From: an uncultured bacterium
Lineage (GTDB): Bacteria; Verrucomicrobiota; Verrucomicrobiia; Limisphaerales; UBA8199
Reading direction: 5' to 3'
Assembly: GCA_963749495.1 (NCBI GenBank)
Contig: CAVVMW010000010.1
Location: forward strand, 384,001-448,000
DNA: 64,000 nt
Shown: positions 11,701 through 20,600 of the stretch, piece after piece
Layout of the letters: every line of letters begins with the position of its first letter
Numbering within the stretch: position 1 is the stretch's first letter
Translations under genes and position numbers: made by a program
The notes under the pieces: generated by a model
Database searches by the model: none
What the model was told of the DNA's origin: nothing
The model's input: the letters and a program-made list of their open reading frames with translations, nothing else

Positions 11701-13616
11701 GAGGGCAGATCGAAGGTCCAGGCGCTGCCGCACTGCACCGTCTTGTTGGTCGGACAGGTCACGGTGATTCCCGTGGCGCAAGGCGGTTTGCACTTGCCCC
11801 CCGCCCCGGCGCTGTAAATTGCGTAAAGTTCCTTGATGGCCAGCGCGCGGTTGTACACCTCCACCTCGTCAAGCCCGCCCAGCCACGGCACGTTGCCGCC
11901 CAAAGGCGAGGCCGCCACCCAGAACAAGTTCGTGTTAGCCAGGTTGCCCGGCGTCGGGGTGAACGTCCCGCTCGGCCCGGCGTCCACGTAGAATTGGCCC
12001 TGGGGTGTGGTGCTGCTCTGATTCAGGCTCACAGCCACAAAGTGCCATTGGCCGTCCGCCGGCACCGTCGCGGTGTCGCGGAAGTTGTTCCCCGACATGG
12101 TGAAGATAAGGTTGCCATAGTCCAGCGACAAGCCGTAGCCGATGCCGCTGTTGGCGTCGCGCTTGTCCACGATCACGCTCGGCGGCGAGTTGGGGGCGTT
12201 GGTGGCGCGGTTGACCCACGCATCAATGGTCAGATCGCCCGTGCCGATGTCAATGGCGGGGTAGTCCGGCACCGTGACGTATTGGGGCGCGCCAGCCAAA
12301 CTATTGAAATCGAGGCTGTTGGCGACGTAAGCGCCCAGAATGGGGGTTGGACCGCCGAATTGCGTGCCATAGTCCGGGGGCGAGGCCAGGTTGGCCGAGA
12401 TCGGGCCGTGGATTTCGTCAAACGGCAGCCACAAGACCATATTGGGCGGCGAGGTCACGCAGCACAGGACCGTCACCGTCTGGCTGCACGTGGCCGTGGC
12501 GCCGCAAGCGTTGGTAATCTGCCAGTTTCGCGTGATGTATTGCGGGTTGGCGCCGTTGGTCACGGTGCTCGCCACGGAGATGGTCACGTTTGAGCCGCAG
12601 CAGCCGGCGCCAGTGACAGTCGGTGGATCGAAGGTCCAGGCGCTGCCGCACTGCACCGTCTTGTTGGTGGCGCAGTTGATCACGGGCAGGCTGCCGTTTA
12701 TCGTAAAAATTCCGCCATAGGTCCAGGTAATCCCGTGCACCTCCTGGATGTAGATAAAGTAAACGCCCGTCGGGACACTCACAGGGATATTCCATACGAA
12801 ACTGCCACTGTTGGGCGTGCTGGGTGTGATGACGTCATAGACAACCCAATGGGCATAATCACCTAATTCGATCTCCACGTTCCACGACGGATTGCCGCCG
12901 CTCCAGGTGATGGTCTGTGTGCTGCCGGCGCAGTAGGCGCCATTGGTGGGAGAAAGAATGGTGAAGCCGAAGGGTGAAGGCGCGGTGGCCGGGGCGCCGC
13001 CGCCAGCAGGGGAAACCCACAGCGCCGTGCCGACGGGCGCGGTCAGCTCCGACGGGAACCATCCAGAAACACCGCCCTTAGGGCCCTGCTGGTAGGTCGC
13101 AATGTCCCAAGTCGAGCGCGAGACGTTCCATTGCCACACCGTCGAGCTATTCACCGGCGTCCCCACAGTGTTTTCATAAGTCCCAATGTCATTGGTCTGG
13201 CGGCTGAGCAAATACACGGACCCGGCCGGAATGGCGACCGGCAGCACGGGCACATTCGGCGTGCCTGTGAAAACAAGTTGGAAATTGGTCGGGCTTTCCA
13301 GCCATGCGCCATCGCCCGGATTCAGCGCAATCGCCTCGCCGTTGAACCATCGCCCCGCCGCCGCGGAGAAAGTGGAGATGGCCCATGTGCCGTCGCTGTT
13401 AATGTATTTGTACAATGCGCACCCGTCCGGCACATTGGGCATTATTTCATTGAGAGTGTTGCTCCCGGCATCGAGCTGGTTGGCAATCAAATTGAGGCCG
13501 GGCAGGATGCTGTTGGTATAGCTCTGGCTCCCGCTGGGCTGGGAGAAACCGCACATCGCAACCAGAATGTAACAAACGAATCCGAGCAGGCGCATTCTCA
13601 TAGTTAACCCTTCCAA
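5763..13616 (-). CDS. 2617-aa secreted protein: three LamG-like domains, Cys-rich HYR-like repeats, Ig domain, C-terminal FYRL domain
   Basis: Signal peptide; three copies of LWLPFDE...DLTIDAWV...WHFVAV...LDEVEVYNRAL; repeated CPTNKTVQCG...TDACGNS...CSQTVTV modules; GTPPLSYQW Ig motif. Confidence 0.88.
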   Translation of the reverse strand: MEGLTMRMRLLGFVCYILVAMCGFSQPSGSQSYTNSILPGLNLIANQLDAGSNTLNEIMPNVPDGCALYKYINSDGTWAISTFSAAAGRWFNGEAIALNPGDGAWLESPTNFQLVFTGTPNVPVLPVAIPAGSVYLLSRQTNDIGTYENTVGTPVNSSTVWQWNVSRSTWDIATYQQGPKGGVSGWFPSELTAPVGTALWVSPAGGGAPATAPSPFGFTILSPTNGAYCAGSTQTITWSGGNPSWNVEIELGDYAHWVVYDVITPSTPNSGSFVWNIPVSVPTGVYFIYIQEVHGITWTYGGIFTINGSLPVINCATNKTVQCGSAWTFDPPTVTGAGCCGSNVTISVASTVTNGANPQYITRNWQITNACGATATCSQTVTVLCCVTSPPNMVLWLPFDEIHGPISANLASPPDYGTQFGGPTPILGAYVANSLDFNSLAGAPQYVTVPDYPAIDIGTGDLTIDAWVNRATNAPNSPPSVIVDKRDANSGIGYGLSLDYGNLIFTMSGNNFRDTATVPADGQWHFVAVSLNQSSTTPQGQFYVDAGPSGTFTPTPGNLANTNLFWVAASPLGGNVPWLGGLDEVEVYNRALAIKELYAIYSAGAGGKCKPPCATGITVTCPTNKTVQCGSAWTFDLPSASSCCGSNVTTTSTGAVTNGVTITSMGAVTNGLCPKVITQTWLLTDACGNSGACSQTVTVVNTNPPALLCASNLTVSSGAAWSFEPPAADDACCTDLTITVLNTVTNLSANPCAISYTRTWQVMDCCSNTAACSQTVTVIPTSPCQVFNTGMNGPAALGTGATDPNFVLLSAPPGAGTSALVIAPASANSTYPTLLDGPDSQWIGPDTTDAYEPEGVYHYQLQFLVCCCANAAELSGQMAADNTAGVYLNGAPVASIPGFSSWTPINVASGFVCAPLINMLDIYVTNNGSTGEPGRSPTAFRAELTNCVSPFVVYCPTNKTVQCGSAWTFDLPSASSCCGSNVTITSTGAVTNGVTITSMGAVTNGLCPKVITQTWLLTDACGNSGACSQTVTVVNTNPPALLCASNLTVSSGAAWSFEPPAAADACCTDLTITVLNTVTNLSANPCAISYTRTWQVMDCCSNTAACSQTVTVLCCVTSPPNMVLWLPFDEIHGPISANLASPPDYGTQFGGPTPILGAYVANSLDFNSLAGVPQYVTVPDYPAIDIGTGDLTIDAWVNRATNAPNSPPSVIVDKRDANSGIGYGLSLDYGNLIFTMSGNNFRDTATVPADGQWHFVAVSLNQSSTTPQGQFYVDAGPSGTFTPTPGNLANTNLFWVAASPLGGNVPWLGGLDEVEVYNRALAIKELYAIYSAGAGGKCKPPCATGITVTCPTNKTVQCGSAWTFDLPSASSCCGSNVTITSTGAVTNGVTITSMGAVTNGLCPKVITQTWLLTDACGNSGACSQTVTVVNTNPPALLCASNLTVSSGAAWSFEPPAAADACCTDLTITVLNTVTNLSANPCAISYTRTWQVMDCCSNTAACSQTVTVLCCVTSPPNMVLWLPFDEIHGPISANLASPPDYGTQFGGPTPILGAYVANSLDFNSLAGVPQYVTVPDYPAIDIGTGDLTIDAWVNRATNAPNSPPSVIVDKRDANSGIGYGLSLDYGNLIFTMSGNNFRDTATVPADGQWHFVAVSLNQSSTTPQGQFYVDAGPSGTFTPTPGNLANTNLFWVAASPLGGNVPWLGGLDEVEVYNRALAIKELYAIYSAGAGGKCKPPCATGITVTCPTNKTVQCGSAWTFDLPSASSCCGSNVTITSTGAVTNGVTITSMGAMTNGLCPKVITQTWLLTDACGNSGACSQTVTVVDTTPPTISCPTNAIVVALNTNCALVIPLIHPVATDNCTPASQLVYTQSPPAGTIASGHSQVVTLTVTDLCGNSSQCRVLVLGEDKTGPVVVCPTNMTATNCLVPCVPVTATDNCCLQSSLRITQSPPCGTPIGPGIHSITVTVTDCNGNSTTRVVSLSVGGPQSFLGALFNTGVDGSGGLLADDTVDPHYALPPAAVPAGMPSDYFGNAVAVSDTCHPTGTACAWLNRYLNYTCYEYTPWSLPPDPAFHPAVSKWIAPDYTNNGCSPYGGYTYTLPFNLPAGFNPASAAISGRWAADNEALMYLNANQIPAIDGGATVNGNAGFAQWTHFIIPAGSGFVSGPNTLTFVVTNTDPSSWTGLRVEFTSAFAGCSTCAPPAILSITPGRALPVGGVATFNVNAAGTPPLSYQWCDNNVKLANNGHDSGVTTSTLQVHPLGFSDGGLYSVLVSNSCGVATGYVRLNVTQPRPWNWGWWDVSLPANPLAATVGPDLNLAGSSFAANYSLSAGTTEDFGLPDPAGQIVNVMHINPLPAPSIQVPLIAPPGSNSVSSYTVIMDLYEPDTSFGTPSTLFQSLVCCLGSSGQDGVSLTLDAQNNPHLTGSAAGVPFDAASAAPLTVDAWNRLALVIDDPQDGIGVNGAIYLNGQPVASLTVPTPIGLPINWGNSPPTLLSAQTNASAPNGEFYLSSIQFHALALTPQGLAGIGSPDDGPAPALDTSVGAQPVLSATLSNGLVNLTFSGTPFVPQETTDLNGVWVDSVLPFAESPANGSVLTTAVADPSTEGPAKFYRLIFRP
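8150..12490. repeat. Near-identical intragenic repeats (unit ~1185 bp)
   Basis: Identical shadow ORFs recur at 8563/9748/11935 and 8858/10043/12230; only a few substitutions are visible. Confidence 0.92.
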
Positions 13617-14011
13617 AGCTGGCTTTAATCAAATTGGCGTTGATGAACACTACTCTTTCGCCGGCCGCCGGAGCAAAGGCACATGCCAATTAGTAATGTA
13701 CTTAATGTATTTCTTTTATGGCTCCCCATCGCCGAATGCAAGCTTTATTCTCATTTTTTGCACAGGTATCAGTGTTCCTAATATAACTGCGTCCTGCCGT
13801 GAAATCCGTGCCGTCCGCGGCATCGTCACGTTCCGCGCGGCGTGGTCAACGCGTTTCAAACCGAAACCCGATGGGACGGCATTTCTGTCAGCTTGCGGCA
13901 ACGTTGGCCCGTCAGGCCCCCGGGGTGGCGGAATTGACCTGACACGGACAGGCAGGAGAAGCGGGATGCGACAAGGGAGCGGAGGGTGAAAGGGGGCGAA
14001 AAGGGGTCAGC

Positions 14012-14262
14012 CATAGCTTGGTTCGTTTTTCCTCATATTCCGAGGTGGCCTTGCCCCGGGTCCGAGGGGGCGGCGTTCCCCAGCCACGTGCGTAACCGGG
14101 CGTTGGCGCTCTTTGGTGTGCCCAGATGCACGCGAGCGGCTGTCGCCTTGATCGAAAGCGTCGTCTTTTTGCGCAACCGCGCCGCGAACGGCAGTTTGGG
14201 CGGATCGTCCCGTGTACTTCGGGGCCGATGTTTTCACCCCGCTCCGCCCACTCGTCAAGCCA
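14012..14262 (-). repeat. ~250-nt dispersed non-coding repeat, copy B
   Basis: Homologous to 5356-5606. Confidence 0.85.
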
Positions 14263-14332
14263 AATCGTGACTGTTCAGGCGCGCAGGACCGGGTTTGACG
14301 TGAATGTTCACGCGGGGCCGACGTTCGAGCTT

Positions 14333-14542
14333 TGTCCCGGAGGGACATCCCGAGAATAGCCCGGCGCTTCAGCGCCGGGGACGACGCCCCAAAAACCCGC
14401 GTCCCGAAAGGGACGCCTGAAGCTCAGTGGCTGACGTATGACATGCGGCTGATTCAACCGTCCCTTCGGGACGGAAGCAACACTAAACGGCTTGTCCCGG
14501 CGCTGAAGCGCCGGGCTATTATCGAGATGTCCCTTCGGGACA
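14333..14542. repeat. Large REP-like palindromic element
   Basis: gtcccggagggacatcccgagaatagcccggcgcttcagcgccggg ... cccggcgctgaagcgccgggctattatcgagatgtcccttcgggac, with internal gtcccgaaagggac hairpins. Confidence 0.85.
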
Positions 14543-14872
14543 ACCACCGATCGCGAGCCAGGTGGCATGTCGAAAGGTATGGACGACACGGACGCAAATA
14601 ATGGATTTTGCCGGGCTTTCGCCACAAAACGCGTCTGCGAGTCCAGATACGAACTGGCACGGCCCAGATCGCCGCCGCCGCGTCAGGCCGCATCTTCGTT
14701 TCCTTCGTTTCCTTCTGTTCTGCTCCTCTGGCCGGCCTGCGGGACGCAGGAAAATAACAAAAGGAAACGAAGGAAACGAAGGATCGAAGGCCCGGATCAA
14801 CTCTGAAACCAAGGCGGGCCGGGCATTCGCCCGGCCCCTGCAAATCTTCCTGATGAATTAGTTATTAGCCAA

Positions 14873-17456
14873 CTATTGCTTGGTCCGATAAAACTGCCTG
14901 GTGGCGCCGGGCGGAACGGCCACCGTCAATGGGCTGGTGCCAGGCAGATCATTCCACGGGCCTAACAGGGAACTTGCCGATTGAAGCGTGCCCGTGAAAG
15001 TGAGGGTAATTCCGCCGGCCGCCCGCGCGACACTCACAGTTGGCCGCGCAGTCGGTGTAGTCCACTGGTAGTAAGCGGTGATGGCGTTGGTCGTATCGTT
15101 AATCAACGAGCGTGTGCCGTCCGCGTTGAGCATGTACCACTCGAGCTGCGCGGCGGAGCCGGCGGCGGTGCTGGTGGTTCGGTAATAGAGCAGGCGGAAC
15201 GGGTAACTGCCCGCTTTGGGCACATAGAATTGAAACGGTGAATCGGCGACCCCGCGGGTAGGGCCGGCCGGGGCGGCGGCATCGAAGAAGCCCAAAACCA
15301 CGCTGGAGGATGGATCCTTCGGATTGGCGCCCGCGCGGACTTGGAAACCGTCGTCTGCATCCGGGAAACCTGTCCAATCGGTCACCACGGCCATCGAGTA
15401 CATCCCGGGCGTCTTGAAATCCAGCGCCGCCAGGATCTCTTCCACGAAGTTGTCGTTGGGCAACCCGTTGACCGTCATTCCCGGGATACCGGGGAAGCTG
15501 AAATCCGGGTAGTCCGGCGCATTGAAGTAGCCGTCGGTACCGGAGGGGTTGGCGTCGAAGTTAATCAAACCCGCCCAGGTGAAGTAGCCGTTAGTGTCCA
15601 CGTCGCCAAAAACAAGATCGGGGATGGTCGCGACATTGGGTCCATCTTGGCCCGCCAATAGGTCCTCGTTATAGGCGATGGTGCCGACCGTGCCGTTGGT
15701 AGAAGGCCCATCGATCTGGTAGGTCTTGATTTTGAAGCCCGTGTTGGTCGCGTTCACCGCGCTGTTGGGCAAAGCGGCACTCACCGGCAAGGTGGCGTAA
15801 GTCCCCACCACGAAACTGGCGGCGTTGGTGTAGGAAGCGCCTTTGGTGTCCTTGATGGCGAGGCTGACGGTGTTGGTGGAACCCGATGGGAATGGCGCGC
15901 CGGGAAGTGTGAAGCTGATGGTCGTGGTGGTCCTGCTCTGGGTCACGGCACTGGGGGTGACGCTGGCCCCGTTGAGAACCAGCGAAATCGTGTTGGTATC
16001 CGCGACGCTTCCTCCCGCCTCGTTCACAGTAATGCTGAAACCGAGCGGCGTTGCGGTGGGACTCGCGAAGGTCAACGCAGCCGCTCCGACTGGCGGCACC
16101 GCGTTGGTATCCAATTGCTCCAGGGGGAGCATGCCGCTGAATACTTTCAAACGATCCAGCTCACCGACGTATTGCAGAAAGCCATTCCATTCCGCGCCGA
16201 TGCTGAACAGCGTCTGAGCGGTTGACCGATTGAGAATAACGCTGCCGGTGTATGGCTCCGTGTCCAAAAGGACGCCATCCACGTAAAACGTGAATTGCAC
16301 TCCATTTTGGTGAATGACGGCGATATGGTGCCAGGCGCCATCGTCGGGAATGGCGGCGGTGGACGTCTGGTCCAGGATTCCTAAAGTGGTCACGAAGATA
16401 GTCCGGTCCGTGTTGACCGAGAAGGACACGGCGCCGCCTTTGCCGTTGCTGTAGAAAAGCACCATCCGGCCTGCGGGAGTCCCAGCGAATTTCACCCACG
16501 CCTCTATGGTGAAGGACGGGTTGTTGGTGTCAAACTGGATGACAGTGCTGGGATCATTGACCGTGAAGTACTGCCCGCTCGCAAACTGAATGGCCGTATC
16601 CCCGGGTTGGCCGGAGGGTGAATCGGTAGTAAACGTGGGAGGGTTGGACGGGACACCGGGCGTCCCGACCAGGCTGTTGACGCTGTCGGTGACTTTGGTG
16701 CCCGAGCCCTCGTTGAATTCGAAATCGACGAGCGTCGGCCGGCGGCACAGCCTGGTAATCCAGTTCATCCGGAGGGAGCATCCCGCTGGACATCTTCAAC
16801 CGGTCCAGCTCACCGACATATTGCAGAAAGCCATTCCATTCCGCGCCGATGCTAAAGAGCGATTGCGCGGTGGACCGATTGATCAATACCCCGCCGGTGT
16901 ACGCCTCCGTGTCCAAAAGAACCCCATCCACGTAAAAGGTGAACTGCACCCCGTTTTCGTGAATGACGGCGATATGGTGCCAGGCGCCGTCGTCGGGAAT
17001 GGCGGCGGTGGACGTCTGGTCCTTGATTCCCAACGTGGTCACGAAGACGGTCCGGTCCGTGTTGACGGAGAAGGAAACGGCGCCGCCGGGTCCATTGTTA
17101 TAGAACAAAACCATCCGGCCGGAAGGAGTCCCCGAGAACTTCACCCAGGCCTGCAGGGTGAATGAAGGATTGTTTGTGTCCAACTGCACTCGCGCGTTCG
17201 GATCGTTGACGATCATGTACTGGTTGGTCGCGAATTGCATCGCGTAATCTCCGGCTTTGCCGGAGGGTGAGTCGGTCGTGAACGTGGGAGGGTTGGACGG
17301 GACACCGGGCGTCCCAACCAGACTGTTGACGCTGTCGGTGACTTTGGTGCCCGAACCCTCGTCGAATTCGAAATCGAGGAGGGCGGTGGCTGCTGAAGCG
17401 CTGGTGGCGGCCAGCAAAGCCGCAAGGAGTCCGGCAATGTGTAGTTTTCGCTGCAT
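14873..17456 (-). CDS. Secreted protein with two tandem LamG-like domains and C-terminal FYR domain (frameshift at ~16740)
   Basis: ORFs 16554..17492 and 14873..16768 join at AVPP/PTLVDFEF. Signal peptide MQRKLHIAGLLAALLAATSASA. The two LamG units are DNA-level duplicates. Confidence 0.82.
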
Positions 17457-17623
17457 AAAGATCCTTTTGTTTGCGTAATTTCGACGTTCCATACGCTTAT
17501 GCGTATAGGCATACGTATGCGTATGGGCATACGGGCTACTCGCGGCAAATTATCAGCTTGGCTCGAAGTTGTCCTGTCCCCAGTTTTGGGGACATTTACA
17601 GCTCATTTGTTGTCTCCGACGCG

Positions 17624-20600
17624 CTACCTTTTGGGCGGGGCGGCTTCGCGGACGACGGCGCCCAGGTCGGGGCTCAAGAGCAGCACGGCCAGGCGCTCGG
17701 CGTTGTCGAGTTCGTTGGTGTTGAGCGAGGCGTAGTCGAAGCGTCCGCGCAAGTCGGTGTAACCGTCCTTCAGGAACTTCACCTCGCCCGACTTGGTCTT
17801 CATATAGACTTTGACATAGGCGCCCGGGACCGGTTTTCGCGTTTGCGCGTGGGTCGCCGTCAGTTGCCCGTAGGGCTCGATCAACTGGACCTTGAGGGTA
17901 TTGGCATAGTAGGCCTGGGTCTTGCGGATGCCCGCGGCCAGGGCCTCGACCATCACGTTGTCGGCGCGGAACTGGCCGGGCAGTTCGACGGCGAGCATTT
18001 CCTTGCCCGCCGGCAGCTCGATGGGTTGGCTCAACACGGGCCGGATGAACGAGAATTGCGCCGCGCCCTCCTGCAGGAATGGGCTGCGCGAGAACAACAG
18101 CTCGATGTCCATCGGGTAGAAATTGAGCGTGCAGCCCTTGAGGTTGCGATAGTCCAGCCGGATCTGGCCCGCCTCGACCTGCATTTCCAGGGCCGGCTCG
18201 GTCGCCGCCAGGGCCCCTTGGGCCTGGTCGCGGTTTTCCTTGTCCGCTGCCCCGGCCGCGCCGCCGCTCAGTTCGTCAAGCTGGTTGAGCACCTGGGTGA
18301 AGAGGTTGCGCCAGCGGGGCACGGCTTCGTCCGCGTGCGCCTTGGCCAGCCTGCGCGCGCCGTCGACGTCGCCGCGGTAGAACGCGAGATAGGCCTCGAG
18401 GTAGTCGCACTGCAATTGCTCCGGCACCGCGTGGCGGTCGACGCGGCCGAACCAGTCGAGCGCCTCCTCGATGCGGTCCTGGAGGGTCAGGTAATAGGCG
18501 ACGGCCAACCTATCGACGTCGGTGAGCGCGGGTTTGTAGCTGAGCACCTTCATGAGGCGCTGGTATTGCTCGCGGAACCGGTTGTTGAGGATTTTGCGTT
18601 TGGCGCCGACCTGGTGGGCGCGCGGGTTGACCAGCGGCGCGTATTCCAGGTGCTGGTAGGCCAGCCGCTCGACGGGGTCGAGCGCCAGCAAGGGCGAGAT
18701 CAGGTAGAGGCCGCAGCGGTCGGCGAAGGGGGAATGGCGCAGAAAGGCGCCAATCGTTTCCGGGTCGTTGTGCAGGAGGCCGTAGGACCACAGGGTCTGG
18801 TCCCAGACATGGCGTCGATCGAGCAAGGCCGTGGCCTTCTTGAACCAATCGGGGCCGTGCAGGCGCCAGGCGATCTCGGTCAGGTCCAGCCGGTGGAGGT
18901 TGGCCTGGTCGAGGAACTCGAGGACCTCCTGTGGCGTGCCGTTCTGGGAGAGCCAGGCCCAGGAGGTCTTATCGATGCGGGTCAGGCGCTCGACCACGTT
19001 GAAGACGAACGGGGCGGCGCTGGCGACCACTGTGTCGCTGCGCGCCACGGTCACCGGGTAGTGGTGAAAGCTGCCGCTGCCGGGGAAGTAGAAATAGTAT
19101 TCCAGCTTCCCGGTGCTATAGGGCTCCAGGACCAGGTACAGGCCGCGCGTGCAGAAACCGCCACCAACGGGGATGGCGCCGACCGGGATCTGCAAGAGCA
19201 CCTGCAATCGCTGCCGATGGCCGCTCGGGTTGGTCAGGACCACCTCCGCGCCATAGACCACGTGCGGGAGAAATTCCTCGGTGACGTACTTGTCGAGCTG
19301 TTCGTTATTCTCGTGGCGGTAGCGGTCGTCGGCCCGGAAGAAGTGCTGCGCAACGAGTATCCCGCCCGCCTCTTCCGCGCGCGGCGCCTGGCGGATTTCG
19401 CGGTGAAAGACGATCAGCGGCGACGCGGCCTGGAGGCTGTATTTCAGACCGTCCAGCTTCTCCTCGTTTTGGCCCGCCTTGAACGGCAGGTCCAGCACCG
19501 CCAACGCGAGCATCATCTCAGTGAAGTTCCGCGCGGCCTGCAGGAACGATTTGGACAGGAACGGCGTCCGGCCGTCATGCTGGGCGTAATCGGCCCAGAA
19601 ATCGTTCACGGTAACCAGGCCGGCCAGTTGCTGCTCGATCGGCAGGTGGTAATAGTTGTTCTCGGCCCATTCCTTGGTGAGGTCCAGCTTCTGGAAGAAG
19701 CGCCGCGCTGCCTCACGTTCCCCGGCTTGCCGGGCAAAGAACACTCCAGCCGATAGGTCGCTGAGCGCCTCCGCCTTTGCCGCCGCTGCGCCGCCCGCAA
19801 TGTTCACCAGCCGCCGCGCCCTTTGCGCCGGCTCCCTGGCGGCCCCGCGGAATAGATTCCCCACCACGGGCCGGTCGCCCAGTATCGGGACCCCGTCCGC
19901 CGGGGGTGCCGCAGGCGCGGCCGTCGAGGCCGGCCTGTTCTGGATGCCACCACCAATCATTCCGCCGCCCGCTCCGAACATCTCAGCGTGCTGTTTCTGG
20001 TCCTTTTCCCTGCGCAGTTCCTCGAGGCCAAGGCGCACCCCGCCTTCGGTCTCCACGGCGCCGCTCTGGATCGCCGTGTCGAAGCGGCGGTTGAAGTCCT
20101 CGGGGTTGGGCGGGATGAGGTCGTCGAGGTCGCGCACATCGCGGGAGATGGAGGCCTGCTGGCCGGCCAGGCGCCTGGCCAGGAGGATGCGCTCGACGAT
20201 GTTCAACTGGTTGAAACGCCAGGGGTCCAGGTAGCTCTTGAGGTCGTCGTTGAGCAGCCAGTGATCCATGAAGGTCTTGTCCTTCTTGTTCTTGATGGAA
20301 GGCGCAATCACCGCGCGGAAAAACTCGGGGTCCTTGTGGTATAAGAAAAAGTTCAATTCGTGGCAGGCATACTTCGAGTAGTGGCGCTGCTGCTCCGAGC
20401 GGTCCAGGTCCGGCCAGTTGGCCACGAACGAGAACTCCTCGAAAGTGGGGTTGCCGCCGAGCGTCGCCAGCAGCCGATAGGCCTTGGCCACGGTGTCGCA
20501 GAGTTCGAAGCGGGCGGTCGTGGCGTCGGCTATCGTCAGGCCGCCCTGGGCCGTCAAGGGCGTGATGAGCTTCTGCTCGGAATAGGGCTTGGCGGGGTCT

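Noticed and set aside
8150..12490. Long repeats or short tandem arrays as CRISPR
   Set aside because: No repeat-spacer structure and no cas genes; the long repeats are coding.
17490..17535. Short catacg/cgtatg palindromic repeat upstream of the LamG gene
   Set aside because: Single occurrence; cannot distinguish an operator from a microsatellite.
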